NCBI RefSeq assembly: GCF_002105155.1
Contig: NW_019028980.1
Span: 806,001-870,000, forward strand
Direction: 5' to 3'
From: Lobosporangium transversale
Taxonomy: Eukaryota
DNA: 64,000 bases
Below, in pieces: positions 38,696 to 51,321 of this stretch (positions are counted from its first letter, which is position 1; each line of letters begins with the position of its first letter). The notes below the pieces were generated by a model that worked only from the letters and a program-made list of their open reading frames with translations, had not been told where the DNA came from and searched no databases. The position numbers and the translations under genes were made by a program.

Positions 38696-39254
38696 GCATA
38701 GACAAGTGATAATTAATTCGTTCATTTTTATTTTTATTTTTTCGACCTAATAGGAATGGACACATCAGATCCAAATTGCCGGAATGATCGTTGCTGGGAT
38801 ATTTGGATTCACTCTTATTGTCTTCACCCTCACTCACGTCCGCCTTATCCTCCTAAACAGGACAACCATTGAAGATCACAGCACCCCTCGTGACGAAGGA
38901 GTTTTCCCTTGCCTACGTAAAGGATGGACAGACAGCGAAGGCGAGGTTAACCAAGGCAATGAACGACTGTACGATATTGGGTTTAAAGGAAACTGGGAAC
39001 AGGCGATGGGGAAGGGTTGGAAATGTATGATACCGACTAGGCTCTCTAGACTTGAGGGGCCAGTATACAACGAGAAAGTGGTGGCTAGGCAATGGCGAGA
39101 TTATAATCAGCAAATGGAGGCTCGTCAACGACAACAACAACAACCACAGCCTCAATATCAATCGCCAGGAACATATGGTGAGGCACCGCAGGCAGATGGG
39201 GGTGTATTAGAAGGATCAAGTACGACCCAGTCAGCGTCTTCAGTAAGGCCATGA
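37360..39254 (+). CDS. DHHC palmitoyltransferase (Pfa3/ZDHHC2-20-like)
   Basis: [41 protein letters not shown] (DHHC split by an intron), [20 protein letters not shown]. Confidence 0.92.
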
Positions 39255-39925
39255 TACTCATCATCCATCTGACATTGGAACTATTGACGATATAGCTTCA
39301 TCATTAGTAGCGTCATGTATTAATTTAGTCTTGACATATTTAATGTAATAATACCTACTTTAATCTCATCTCTGATTCTCGAAACGGTATATCTTCATAA
39401 TAAGGCTCTGCCCAGCGATAGCTGCACTCAAGTGAAGCTCTGATCCCTACAGAACCAATCTATTGAGGTTCTCATAGACCGGAGATATTGACAAAGCATC
39501 CAGCTGGCAATGGTCATTTGATCTTCGCGAGCAACCTCGTATCCTATTTTAGTTCACTGCTTTACAATTTAAAAAGTAACTACAAAAATATTATCCAACC
39601 ACACCTAATCATATTACGACAAAATAGAGTGGGTGAAGGCCATGCACAATCGATCACTTTCTATATTTAAAGATTTAAGGGCAGCTTATGGTATGTCTAT
39701 CCTTTTGCCACAGGATTTTTTAACTGCGGTCACTTCTGGTCAACTGAGAGCCCCTGGTCCAAAAGCGGCAAATTCATTGGCCTATTTGACGCCACCGATT
39801 CAAGTATAAAAGCATCTATCATTGCTCTCCACTCCGCTTTTTCTCGGTTTCAAACACGTTTAATTCATTCTCAATCACCCTTCTTATAAGCTTTTCTAAA
39901 CCGCCCCGTCTTCTTTACATTATCT

Positions 39926-40348
39926 ATGGAGCCATCAACGATTCCCCAGCAGCGATCATCTCCTTCCATCAGCCTTGCACGGCCAAGCAACATTAATCCT
40001 AGATTTGTTCCGGGTACCAAAATCGGGAGGTTTACGATAGTTCAGCCTTGCAACAGTAGGTGTTGTAGAAGGATCGATAGCGGATCTTCAAGGGACGATG
40101 ATAATTCTGCAACAGAAATGACAACCAGCCATCGTCAAAGACTAGAACAAGAAGAAAAAAAGCTTAACAATTCTGCTACAGCCGCCGTGATTACCACTAC
40201 TGCCACTGCTACCACAACTCCTGCAAGGGTTAAAAATCTAGTAGTACTCAGCATAGCTCAACAAGACGCTGTCATTGTTTTTCAGCGGAAGAGAAGGACA
40301 AGGCGTCTGCTACGGTCTTTGAGTACACAGCCCTTAAGTGATTCTTAG
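39926..40348 (+). CDS. Small hypothetical protein
   Basis: 140-aa ATG ORF preceded by TATAAAA (~39806) and a pyrimidine-rich leader, followed by AATAAA. Confidence 0.5.
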   Translation: MEPSTIPQQRSSPSISLARPSNINPRFVPGTKIGRFTIVQPCNSRCCRRIDSGSSRDDDNSATEMTTSHRQRLEQEEKKLNNSATAAVITTTATATTTPARVKNLVVLSIAQQDAVIVFQRKRRTRRLLRSLSTQPLSDS

Positions 40349-40645
40349 CTTATTTCTATGTAAATAAAATATCTAAATCAATAAAGTCATGTGCAGGTCC
40401 ATCTTACTTTCCCAATAGACTGTCAATAAAAATTTCCATCTTTCTCTCCCCTCATAACTTTCCTTTAAAACCCTCACTTGACCCCATTCTTTCTCCGGTA
40501 TCTTTTACCTTCTTGCCTTCACTTTTAATTATAAACCAACTTTCCATCGAAATAAGGACTTGTCGGTAAAACAACATTTCGCTGATTTAAGATATAAACC
40601 TAATCAAATAAGAGTGAAAAACACAAAAGAGAGAAGAGTAGGGTA

Positions 40646-43600
40646 ATGGATCAGGTGGAGTACCAGTCCTTCAGAGCTCTACCGGATGGTCCAATTATAC
40701 GGATCGAGGCTTCACAAGATGAGGAGACAGGGCTCAAGCTTGTGTTCTGGGAAGACATTCAGGATCAATTTCCTGGCGTCCAAAGCATTAAAAATGGGGA
40801 TATTGCCATTTCCTTTGCCAGGAATTCCAAACGGAAGAGGTAAATGGGTATGAGGCAGTGCGCTTTGATACCCCTTTTTTTCTTTTATCATCATGTACAT
40901 GTACTAATCCGATTTTCACTCTCTACAATCTTCAAGAATTGAGCCCTGGTGTATTAGGTATCACCCGGGTATTGTCCTGGATGTTATCCTCCCTAATGAT
41001 GATGGACAAGTTGGACAGACTAGACAGGAATCACCATTACAACAGAACGTCAGTAGCACAATCAGTTCTCTATCCACACATTCACCATATGGATCCAAGG
41101 AGGGTAGCCTCCCAAGTCCTGGTATCTATCTGGATACGTCACTTGCACAAGGGTTTAGTGCTCTTTCTACTGATCACCCTAGCCCATACGCAGCGATAGA
41201 GTCAGGAAACATAGATGCTCAACCAGAACTCACCAGCTCGCTCGTGAAAGTACCTAGTAGCCTCTCAAGGTATCCTAGTGCTTCCAGAGCACCTGATGGC
41301 CCAGAGCACCTAGCATCTGCTAGACCAACTACTCCTACCACCAGTCAACTCGTTCCTCGCATCCAGTTCACTCTCCAGACATCCACGCAACTCTTTGGCC
41401 ACTTTGAGCAATCTATTAAATCAGGACAGATGCATCAGGCAGAATCGATCAAGCAGGAGATCCGGGATGCATTTCTCAACTTACAAGCAGAGATGGCTCG
41501 AAACCAAGAACTCCAGCTACAAATGATAGAATTGCAACGAACTGCAGCCGAAATGCAGCAGAAGATGATATCAATGCAGCAACAGGCACTAGATCGACTC
41601 TCTGTTATCCAGAGTCGAGTACAGGCTGTCTTGACACAAACGTACGAATTACATGAGTTCTCAATCCCAAGGCTATTCATCGTCCTCCCCAAGGAGACTC
41701 GACGAAGAGATGCCCTGTTGAGCCCTTTCACTAGTCAATTCAGGCTCTACTTCTTATGTGAATGTGGAGAGCACACAATGCCATCACAACAACATACTGT
41801 ATCTTCAAAGCCGTCGCCTAACTCCACCCCATACGGAGCATCGACTCGGGATAGTAATAGCAATAGCAGTGACAAGAGCTTAGACTCCTTTACAGGAAAT
41901 GGTGGATCGAGAACCCCAATACATCATATACATGTGGCAATGCACGAAGGATATGACCTTGACCGTCCCAGCGAGTTTTTTCTTAGATATGGCACCCACA
42001 TCCTCACATTATTACAAATGCTCAAATATGGAGTTGTAGCAGCAGGAATTGTTGTTCCACCACTAGCCAGCATGAGATTAGCAGAGAGTATTGATAGGCT
42101 TCAAGGTGGACTAGAATATACGCAGCAAAACTTGGAACCAAAAGTAGACTATGCTATCAAGTACCTCGAATCTCTTGCGCAAAACTGCGGCGCAGTTGCT
42201 GCCAGCCTTGATGACATTGACAAAACTATCAGGGAGTTCGATCCAGATCCTAAACCCAATAGCTCATGGGATTCAGGTCAGGATCCGATCCAAGATCTCG
42301 AAGCTCTGGAAGGCGCGGACTTGCGGCACCTTAGCACGTTTTTGAAAATCAAGGACGAAGGCAAGGTGTTAGGAAACCTATACAGGGTTGTTACGAGTGA
42401 GGGTCATGCCAAATGGGTATGTCTGGATCATTATCGTGAAAATTATCGTGAATCAGCCATTGAGCAATTTCGAGGGGCCGTTGCTCTAAACAATGGAACG
42501 TTTGAAGAGATAGCTGGTAAAGTTTCTATTCGCCTGACCTCGAGCACAGTTGCGAAACAATTTTATGAAGCGCTGGAAAGAGCAAAGTTTATTCAGGAAC
42601 TCAATCTTGTTCTGGATTGGGAATCGTCACTTGAAGATTTAAGACACTTGAAGGACACTGTTCGAAAGACCAATATCGTTAGCCTCAGACTCGACTTCTG
42701 CGGTACACAAGGGCCCGCCCGGGATCTTTTCAACCGGAATAGGAGATACGATCCCGTCATCCAGATGATGGCCAACACAAAGTTGCAAATTTTTCATTTA
42801 GCACGGTGCGACAGTTTCTGGAGCAGGATATCCAAGAATGCCTCCATAGTTGCAAAAGCCATGTCGTCTACCATTCAGCTCCGCGTTTTGTCTATCCAAG
42901 GTGCAATAGAGAATTGGAAAGCAGAACAACATCAGATAGAAGACTTTTTGCGACATAGCCCTCGCCTAACGGATTTAAGGTTACAGTGTACAGACGTGGA
43001 TGCGATGTATGAACTGGTCAAAAATGCGACAGTAAAGTTTCGACATCTCCAATACCTAGAGTTGAGTGTAAGTCAGGCAGATGTACAGGAGCAAGTTGAC
43101 ATCAAGATTGCCCAACCCCAGGCACAAATTTTGTCTATGGCGATCACGACCAACAAGCGGCCCTATACGCAATTACTTTTCTCTGGTCATGTACACAAGC
43201 TAGTGTTATATCATGAGTTTAATCTGAACGAAGAGAGATCTAGTCTCGAGAGAATCATTCATACGAACAAATGTCTTCATGAAATTGGATTGCGATGTTC
43301 AGTACAATTCATGGCTCCGACCTTTCAGGCTATCCTTTCAGTCTGTGAAAACCACTTGTCGTTACGTCTTGTAGAAATACAAGATACAGAACGACGTAAC
43401 AAACTCACGACAGCAGATCCTCATGACCCCAAGGCAACTCTTCTCAGTTTACTAGCGAATGAACCGAAGGGGAGAGAAGAGCTTATGCGAGCGTTTGGTT
43501 GGGCGTTAAAGAGGATCCCACCTGGAACAAAGCTTACACATGGGCTAGTGAAGGGGCTTGAGGAGGCATTGAGGATTAGAGGATCGGCGTTACAGAAAAT

Positions 43601-44405
43601 CCATGCCAATGTCTCGACGCTCGACAAGGAAACGTTAGAATTGTTTGCCAGAGTGATAGAGCATTCATTAGCGACGCTTTCCTGGCTGGATATCATCATT
43701 TGGGTCACTCAGGATCAATATCGTGTAGTGGCAATGGAAGCTCTTGCTCGGTTTATTATCCGAATTAGCCCTCAGATTACACGACTGCAGTTGCGCATGT
43801 ATGGATTGCCACAGCTTTTGTTTAGTCTTTCATCTGCTGCGTCAATTGCTCAACAGGCAGCCACAGTGTCGCTAACTAGGACTTACACAGTGGCTGGCAG
43901 AAGTTATGGCAACAATACGGCGGCTTTTCCAGTGGCTGCAAAATCCTCCCTTTTGAACGGAGTGACCATGCCAATGCTTGAGGAGCTAGAGATACAGCCC
44001 GAAGCAGACACATATGGCAAGATACTACATTGCCAAATCAACCCTCCACATGTGCAATGGCTCCAAATCCCGTTATCATCACCTCATTTGAAGTCTATTA
44101 AGCTTGGATACCTCGATATTCTTAAAGATGACTGGATTGTGCTCATACGGAACCTTCGTTTCAACACAGTGGAGACACTTATTCTTGAGGGAACCAATTT
44201 TTCAGATCGGCAAGCAGAACTTTTGCTTGAATGTCTTTCATACTGTGCAAGCGTTCAACCTACATCTTATAGTGGCGATGAAAAAATGAAATCGGTAGCG
44301 CTCAAAACACTGAAGATCGAGGGATCTCTGGTCACTGCTCCTGTGTTGACTGGATTTGTAGCCCAAGTACACGCATTATTGCCAGATTGCGAGTTAAAGG
44401 TCTGA
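40646..44405 (+). CDS. Large lineage-specific protein: Ubl-like N-terminus, coiled coil, C-terminal RNI-like/LRR region
   Basis: Exon 40646-40839, intron to ~40937, long exon; motifs YQSFR..FWEDIQDQFPG, LTQTYELHEFSIPRLFIVLP, FRLYFLCECGEHT, LEGADLRHL, GNLYRVVTSEGHAKWVC. Confidence 0.8.
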
Positions 44406-44547
44406 GTATGGCAACAGCAACAACAAAAAGAAGCAGAAATTCTGGCATTTACATTCTTCCTAGTCACCGTAATGAGTACATTTACCTTTCACTTTAGATC
44501 TTTTATGAAAGATGATATTATACAGTTTATTAATTTTTAATCTTTTA

Positions 44548-45777
44548 CTATGAACCTGCTTTTCCTGCGGCTGCTGCTGCCTTTCTTGCCAGGTAACGAG
44601 CTTTGGCATCCATGACCTGATCATCTTGGTTTTTCCGCTTGAGTGCTTCACGAATAGATTCTTGTCTCTTCTTCTCTTCTTCTTCTTGTTGTTTCTGCTG
44701 TTCCAAAAGCTGTTGCTCGATCTTTTCTGTCATCCTCGTGCGCTGATCTTTGGATATATTCCCATGCTCACCTTTCCCTTGAAGTGAGAATGATGATGAG
44801 CCATATTTAGCGTCTTTGTAGGCAGCATATGCACGATCACGGTCATAGCTTGAAGAGGGTTTGTTGAGACGTAAGTCGTTTTGTGAAGCTGAGGGCTGAC
44901 TTTTCTTGATAATGTTGAGCCCACCTTTAAGCAACTCACGTTTGTCAACAATCTGTCCATCTTCATTCAGGGTTACATTCAGACCTTGCTCTTGAGCTTC
45001 CCTTGCACGCTCGCGGTCTTCCTTTTCTTTAAGTCGCTTCTCTTCTTCTAATGCTTTAATATCTTCTGACGAAACACCTTCAATCGTAATGTCAGTTTCA
45101 GTCGGTCGAGCCCTTGTACGTTCGTTCAACAACGCACGGTAAAATCCTTGCATCAATGATCCATCTTTATCCTTGGCCAACATCTCCTCCCTCTTTCGAT
45201 CTTCTTCTTCTGCAAGCCTCATGGCTTCCTTCTGAGCCTTATAGGCTGGCGTGATAAACATCTCCTTGTCCTTAAATTTCTCTCCTTCTTTTTCTCTTTC
45301 ACGTTCCAATCGTTTCTCTTCTGCGATTTGTCGATCCCGTTTGCGAGTCTCGGCCGCTTGTAGCAGTGCAGCAACATATTTGGGTTTTCGTTCTGCAGAA
45401 TCTTTTTTGCGAGCGAGCTCTCGTGCACGCTCACCAGCCTTGAGTTGATCATAGACGCCATCATAGTCAAACACAGTCGCATCCTCAGCTAGCGCTGCGT
45501 TTTGCTGTTCAATTACAGCTGTTGACTGAAGCGTGGCAGTAGCATAGGGACGAAGAGTTTTGTTGACTGAAGATGTAGAGGATATAGGACCTCTTTTTAA
45601 ATTTTGCTTCTGATCAGTATTGTCATTATCGTCATTATCCTTATCCAGATTATCTTCATCAGAACTGCCACTGTCGAAAGCACTACGCCCTCCTACTGGT
45701 CGACTTGCAGCAGGTTTTGGTTTAGCAAGGATAGTTCCTTTCTTCTTGATGTTCAATCCAAACTGGAGTCCGGACAT
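44548..45777 (-). CDS. NSRP1: Nuclear speckle splicing regulatory protein 1-like (CCDC55/DUF2040)
   Basis: ALAEDATVFDYDGVYD, KPKYVAALL, EREKEGEKFKDKEMFITPAYK and AKARYLARK motifs. Confidence 0.88.
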   Translation of the reverse strand: MSGLQFGLNIKKKGTILAKPKPAASRPVGGRSAFDSGSSDEDNLDKDNDDNDNTDQKQNLKRGPISSTSSVNKTLRPYATATLQSTAVIEQQNAALAEDATVFDYDGVYDQLKAGERARELARKKDSAERKPKYVAALLQAAETRKRDRQIAEEKRLEREREKEGEKFKDKEMFITPAYKAQKEAMRLAEEEDRKREEMLAKDKDGSLMQGFYRALLNERTRARPTETDITIEGVSSEDIKALEEEKRLKEKEDRERAREAQEQGLNVTLNEDGQIVDKRELLKGGLNIIKKSQPSASQNDLRLNKPSSSYDRDRAYAAYKDAKYGSSSFSLQGKGEHGNISKDQRTRMTEKIEQQLLEQQKQQEEEEKKRQESIREALKRKNQDDQVMDAKARYLARKAAAAAGKAGS

Positions 45778-46101
45778 GGTCGAAAGAGAGAGAGAGAGAG
45801 GAAGGGAGAAAGAGGTAAGGGAATAAGGGTATATATAACACTGAGTTGCGTTTTTATACTTCCGCTGGGGGTCAGTTGTGATGGTTTCAAGAACGAGAAG
45901 AATGAAACGTAATAATGGAGAGAGAAAAGTCTATTCTGAAGAACAATAGCAATGTGGCTTTTTTTCTTGTTTTTTCGAACAGTTTGTCGTGAAAGCTCCA
46001 GGTCAGGAACGGGTGCGTTGACATGAGGTTGAATTCTTCCTTTTTTCCTTTTCTTACTCATTCTTCGTTTTTCTGTCAGTCCCATTCCCTTTTGAAGACC
46101 A

Positions 46102-47958
46102 ATGTCGGCTATGCGCCATTTGCTCGACCTCTGCAAACGCAGAGGGTTTCTCTTCCAGTCTGCAGAAATTCACGGTGGACTTCGGGGTGCATATGACTAT
46201 GGCCCCCTCGGTGTCGAGCTAAAACGGAGCGTCTCACAGGAATGGTGGAATTCAATGGTTTATCAGCGATCTGATGTCGTCGGGATCGATACTGCCATCA
46301 TTACTCCTCCGGCGGTCCTCAAGACATCAGGACACGTCGATCAGTTCACAGACGAGATGGTTGATTCAAAGTTATCCAAGGAGCGGTTTCGTCCTGATAA
46401 GGCGCCACAGATCAAATTAGATGACCAGGGTAGGATCCCTATCACAGCACCTGACAAGAAGACAGCTAAATTGTGGGAACATGACATTAGGTCCCAGTTT
46501 GCAAAAGGCGCCATGGTTACTCGGAAGGACAAGGAAATCCTTCTAGAAGTAGAGCGCATGGAGAAGAATACAATCGTCCTCAAAAGGGATACAGCTGTTA
46601 CTACTGTTGCCTTCGATTCTAATTCACTACCATCACCTTCACCAGAGCAGGATACTTCACTCCAGATCCCCTATCATGGATATGTTGATCCCAACTCTAA
46701 TTCCCCTTTCCTTACTGAATCACGTCCATTTAACCTCATGTTCAAGACATATCTCGATCCTATCGACCCCATTGACAAGGTTATCACTACTACTCTTGAC
46801 GCCCAAAAAACTCCATCATCAGCGGATTTGTCGACTACCCGTCAACTCGTAGATAAAACCCTGTACCCTTCTCTGACCTATCTTCGCCCAGAAACGGCAC
46901 AGGGTGTCTTCATTAATTATATGACTGTTCAACGATCCCATCCACATCTCAAGATCCCTTTTGGGATTGCTCAGATCGGGAAATCCTTTAGGAACGAAAT
47001 CCGTTTGGAGCATGCTATTTTCAGGACACCTGAATTTGAACAGATGGAGCTAGAGTATTTTGTGGCTCCTTGGCAGGCTCAGGAGCAATTTACAGCCTGG
47101 AGGAAATTCAGGATGGATTGGTGGAGGACCTACGCACGTCACCATGACCGTATCCGGGAAAGAGCGCATTCACAAGATGAGCTGGCTCATTATTCAAGAG
47201 GATGCATTGATGTTGAGTATCGGTTCCCATGGGGTTGGGGAGAGGTCGAAGGTATTGCGAATCGAGGCGATTTTGATTTGAGTAAACATACAGAAGCTAC
47301 TGGTATTAAGCTACAATACACAGATGCTGTCCTGATGCAAGAAAGACAGGCACGTGAGAAGGCCACAGGGATCAAAGAGACAAGCGTAGAGATATTGGAG
47401 CGCGAGAGATTTACACCACATGTCGTCGAGTCGTCATGTGGATTGAATAGAGCTATGTTGGCATTGATGTTGGATGCAATGGAGGTTGTAGATGAGCACG
47501 GGCGAGCAGTGGTGCTGGGAAATGAGGATGAGGCCAACAGTGATAGCAACAATAATACAAAGAAGAGCATTGATCTCAACAATAGTAGTAAAGGGATCCG
47601 AACTATCATGAAACTGCATCCTCGTCTAGCACCCATCAAGGTAGCAGTAATGCCTTTGGTTTCCAATAACAAAGATCTGGTGGATATTTGTTCTGATATC
47701 AGTGGCCAGCTTCGCCAAGAGCTCCAGGTGAACGTAGCAATGGAGACCCAGAATACAACGATTGGCAAGCGATACTACCGTATGGATGAAATCGGAACCC
47801 CTTGGTGTATCACCGTGGATTTTGATACGCTCAATGACCAAACTGTGACCATCCGAGATCGTGATACGGGTGATCAGAGGCGTGTTTCAAAAAATGAAGT
47901 TCTGGAAATTGTACGAGATGGATTGAGACTATACCCTCGAAAGAAACCTCATCCATAA
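46102..47958 (+). CDS. Glycine--tRNA ligase, alpha2 type, bacterial-like, intronless
   Basis: LCKRRGF..SAEIHGG..AYDYGPLGVELK, LRPETAQG, GKSFRNEI, FRTPEFEQMELEYF, ELAHYS, and an anticodon-binding domain with IGKRYYRMDEIGTPWCITVDFDT. Confidence 0.93.
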   Translation: MSAMRHLLDLCKRRGFLFQSAEIHGGLRGAYDYGPLGVELKRSVSQEWWNSMVYQRSDVVGIDTAIITPPAVLKTSGHVDQFTDEMVDSKLSKERFRPDKAPQIKLDDQGRIPITAPDKKTAKLWEHDIRSQFAKGAMVTRKDKEILLEVERMEKNTIVLKRDTAVTTVAFDSNSLPSPSPEQDTSLQIPYHGYVDPNSNSPFLTESRPFNLMFKTYLDPIDPIDKVITTTLDAQKTPSSADLSTTRQLVDKTLYPSLTYLRPETAQGVFINYMTVQRSHPHLKIPFGIAQIGKSFRNEIRLEHAIFRTPEFEQMELEYFVAPWQAQEQFTAWRKFRMDWWRTYARHHDRIRERAHSQDELAHYSRGCIDVEYRFPWGWGEVEGIANRGDFDLSKHTEATGIKLQYTDAVLMQERQAREKATGIKETSVEILERERFTPHVVESSCGLNRAMLALMLDAMEVVDEHGRAVVLGNEDEANSDSNNNTKKSIDLNNSSKGIRTIMKLHPRLAPIKVAVMPLVSNNKDLVDICSDISGQLRQELQVNVAMETQNTTIGKRYYRMDEIGTPWCITVDFDTLNDQTVTIRDRDTGDQRRVSKNEVLEIVRDGLRLYPRKKPHP

Positions 47959-48517
47959 TCGGCCTTCTCGACGCCATAATGAATGTATTAAAACATAAAA
48001 TAAATAAATAAATAGATAAAAAAAAAGGCTAACGTATACATTCAGATCCAACTTTATAATATCTAAATGCACAGCTCCCCTAATGTGAGATAGAATTAAA
48101 GTTTGAGTAGCCATGGCATTGTTTTATACAAACAGTGCAAGAGCAATTGACATAGGCTCTCCCCAAGGGAAGCCCCATTCATGTTAATATCTCGAATAGA
48201 AAAGTCGAACAGTTTACCAGACGAATCGACATAATTGAGGTATGTGAAACAAATAACAAGATGCTTTTAATGGAGATAATATATCAATGGACCATGAGGA
48301 CGTTAATGAAGGAAGGCTGACTAGATTTAGTATACAAGAATATGAATGAACTATAAAAAAAAAAAAAAAAAAAAAAAATGAAAACTGAAAAGGCATGAGA
48401 TGTGCGCGTCCTTCTAATCCTATAAACAACAATGCAAGAAAAAGGGGGAGGGAAATATGATGCATAAACTAACAAAGAAGCAGGACCATCTTGTTGATAG
48501 TTAATCGGCGACAACAC

Positions 48518-49451
48518 TTATCCAAAGCGATGCATGATAGCCTCGTAACAGAAGAACATGATTGCTGCATTAGGGACAACACGCATCATGTGCGCAGTAA
48601 GACCGCCATATAAGGCTGCAACGCCTTCCTCTTTGAGTACCAGCTGGAATGTCTGTTTCAGTCCAGTGTATTTGGGTGGCTCATTTCCCACCGGAACCTG
48701 CCGCAGTCGTGTACGGAGAACTTCGTGTGGGTATGTCATAGCCGAAGCAACAAACTTTGCTGCTCCAGCAGCGCCCAAATAGTCGATCCATTCTTCAATA
48801 TCCTTGCCACCAATGACAAATCTTGTACCAGTAGTGCTGCTTAAGCTAGTGACTTTGCGTCTTTCTGCCAGAGTCTTCTTCAGCTGCTCATAGATCATCC
48901 ACTGGATCGTTCCTTCGGCGACACCCAGGTATGATGCGCTCAACCCACGGTACATACCACGGATACCTTCGTTCTTGAGAATTTGGTAGATACAATCCAC
49001 GCTGTTTTTGTATTGCCGTACTCCCTCGACCTGAAGTTGCATCCTAGTTTTGACAAGCCAAATGGGATTGGTGGCAGTTGCTGTAATGATACCAGCTGAG
49101 ATCGCTGATGAGAGGTGAACAAATGTCGTCTCCTTGCCGTTGTTCAAATCAGTGTAGAACTTTTTGCCGTTACCATACGCCGCAAAGTTGATAGCCCTAT
49201 AGAAAAATATAGCAGGAGGAGGAGATATTAGTCTTTAGGACACCAATCATACGAGCATCAAGCTAAATGAAGTTAGTAGTAGCTACCTTGCTGGGATAAC
49301 TCCGACGAGATTGGGTCCTAACCCCTTGTAGAGCGCACGGGGACCCTCTTTGGAATAGATATGTCTATTTTAACATATAATTCATCAAACATAAAATTAG
49401 ACTCTCGCGATCAACAAATCTCTAGATCCTGATGTCATCAAGGCCCCACAC

Positions 49452-49483
<32 letters not shown>

Positions 49484-49925
49484 ACCCAAGCAAAAGACAA
49501 GTATCTTTGATATGTCCAAGGACAGAATAAACTCCCGACCTGGCTACTGTCGTAGAGGACATGCTCTTTGATGACTGGTATAAGGAGGACTAAGGGATAA
49601 AGGAAGAAAAGGAATCAGTGATCGCTATAACTTCTCTGTATCCGTGCATATCAAAACAAATGGTAATTGCGTAATAATAAAGGGAAGCTGGTCTGTGGAT
49701 CTTTTGGACGTAATGAGAGAGACCGCATTATGACGTCTTCCTTTTTTTGCTTTTGTTAACCATACCTGGAGTCTAGTCTTGACCACATCGAGAGGCGAGG
49801 TTACTAGCGCTCCAGCCATGCCGCCCGTTCTAAAATAGAAAGTTAAAAAGAAAATACAGAAAGTCAGCTCTGTTTTCTTCGAGGTGGTGGTGGTGGTTCT
49901 TTTCTTTTCTTTTCTTTTGTCTTCT

Positions 49926-49964
<39 letters not shown>

Positions 49965-50309
49965 GCTTCCTGCGTATACACGAAAAAAAAAAAAATATAT
50001 ATATATATATCCGTGGTTTTTGATGATCCACACTTACCCTCCGGCCAAAAAGTGGACCCATGAGAACTGAGCACCAGCGATTTTCTTTTGAGCTGATGTG
50101 GCAGTAGCAACGGGAGTTGAGACCAAGGTTGGCTCAGGCACCTTGGTGTTGTTGTTATCATTTTCTGAAGAGCTGTTGTTGTTACGACCGAAAGGGTTCT
50201 TTTGCTGTAACTGTTGACTGATGGTGTTAGTGGTTGCAGAGGTAGAGGGGAGCATAGCAGGAAGAAGAGAGTTAGTCCTGGAAGCAGCAGCAGCAGTCGA
50301 GGCACTCAT
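48518..50309 (-). CDS. RIM2: Mitochondrial carrier, pyrimidine nucleotide transporter (RIM2/SLC25A33-36)
   Basis: SWVHFLAGG-TGGMAGALVTSPLDVVKTRLQ, GLGPNLVGVIP, TNPIWLVKTRMQL, TYPHEVLRTRLRQ; multiple GT-AG introns. Confidence 0.92.
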
Positions 50310-50552
50310 TGTTGTGTTATAATAGAAAAGTACCAAAGAGGAGAAGAGAGAAAGAAAAAAAAAAAAAAAAAAAAAATAGTTGGAGCCGTGAGAGAAGAAT
50401 GGGCTTTTTCAGGAGATCTGCTTCCTACAAAGTAGTACATGATATCTAGTGACTGTGCCTAGTGTTGTTTACAAGATTAGCACAAGTGACTGTTCATCCT
50501 ATTTCCTCTTTTGGGACACACCTCCGAAATGTCCATGTGGCGTAACTTAACC

Positions 50553-51321
50553 CAGAGATCTGAGCCTGAAGAGAAAGGGCGTGATGTTTTGGTTTCCAGC
50601 ACGTGCTGGAAGAAAACGAGCACAAACCTATTGCCCATACAGCACAAGCTGATTGCCCATACAGCACAAGCTGATTGCCCATACAGCACAAGCTGATTGC
50701 CCATACAGCACAAGCTGATTGCCCAAACAGCGCGAACCTGTTCTGAAACAGCATGAACCTGTTGTGAAACAGCATGAACCTGTTCTGAAACAGCACAAAC
50801 CTTTTCTAAAACAGCGCGAACCTGTTCTGAAAACAGCACAAACCTATTGCACAAACAGCGCCAACCTGAAGAAAAAGCATACAGGCTTAAAAAAATCCAC
50901 AATCATTTGCATGCATAACAGGCTTCTTCTCTTTTCGCACTACCATTACCATTGCCATTACCATTACCATTGCCATTACCATTACCATTGCCATTGTCAT
51001 TCTCATTCTCATTCAATTCTCAGAGAACCTTCTGCATCATCCCTATAAACACGCTTAATACCACGAACAGTTGACAGATTAACTTTATTTGTCTGATCTT
51101 GTCTCACAAAGCGGCCATGTACTTTAATAATTCAGTAAATGCTCGGCATCTCTGCCTCTGCTTTCTCTTTATTACTAATGTTGACTATATATAGTCAAAG
51201 CCAACTTCTACTTCCATAGCTAGGCTTCTATATCTCTATATCTCAAAGATCTTAAAGACCAATAATCATCGTCTGTGACGCCAAGTAACACTGATACGAT
51301 TGTACTAGATTCTTCTCTTGC
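50553..51321 (+). repeat. Left long TIR (769 bp) with 22-bp and 21-bp tandem arrays and a CATTRC microsatellite
   Basis: Four copies of ATTGCCCATACAGCACAAGCTG followed by AACAGC..AACCTGTTCTGA units. Confidence 0.92.

Noticed and set aside
45952..46101. Upstream exon giving GlyRS a mitochondrial presequence
   Set aside because: The candidate donor (46013) and acceptor (46079) do not keep frame with the ATG at 45952; other upstream ATGs hit stops or are out of frame.
50630..50870. 21-22 bp repeats as a CRISPR array
   Set aside because: Units are directly adjacent with no unique spacers, there are no cas genes, and they lie within a transposon TIR in a eukaryote.
50477..51048. Repetitive ORFs (CAVWAISLCC.., MPKQREPVLKQ.., HYHYHC) here and at 55690-56231 and 63007-63548
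   Set aside because: Translations of the TIR tandem arrays and microsatellite; no evidence of coding function.
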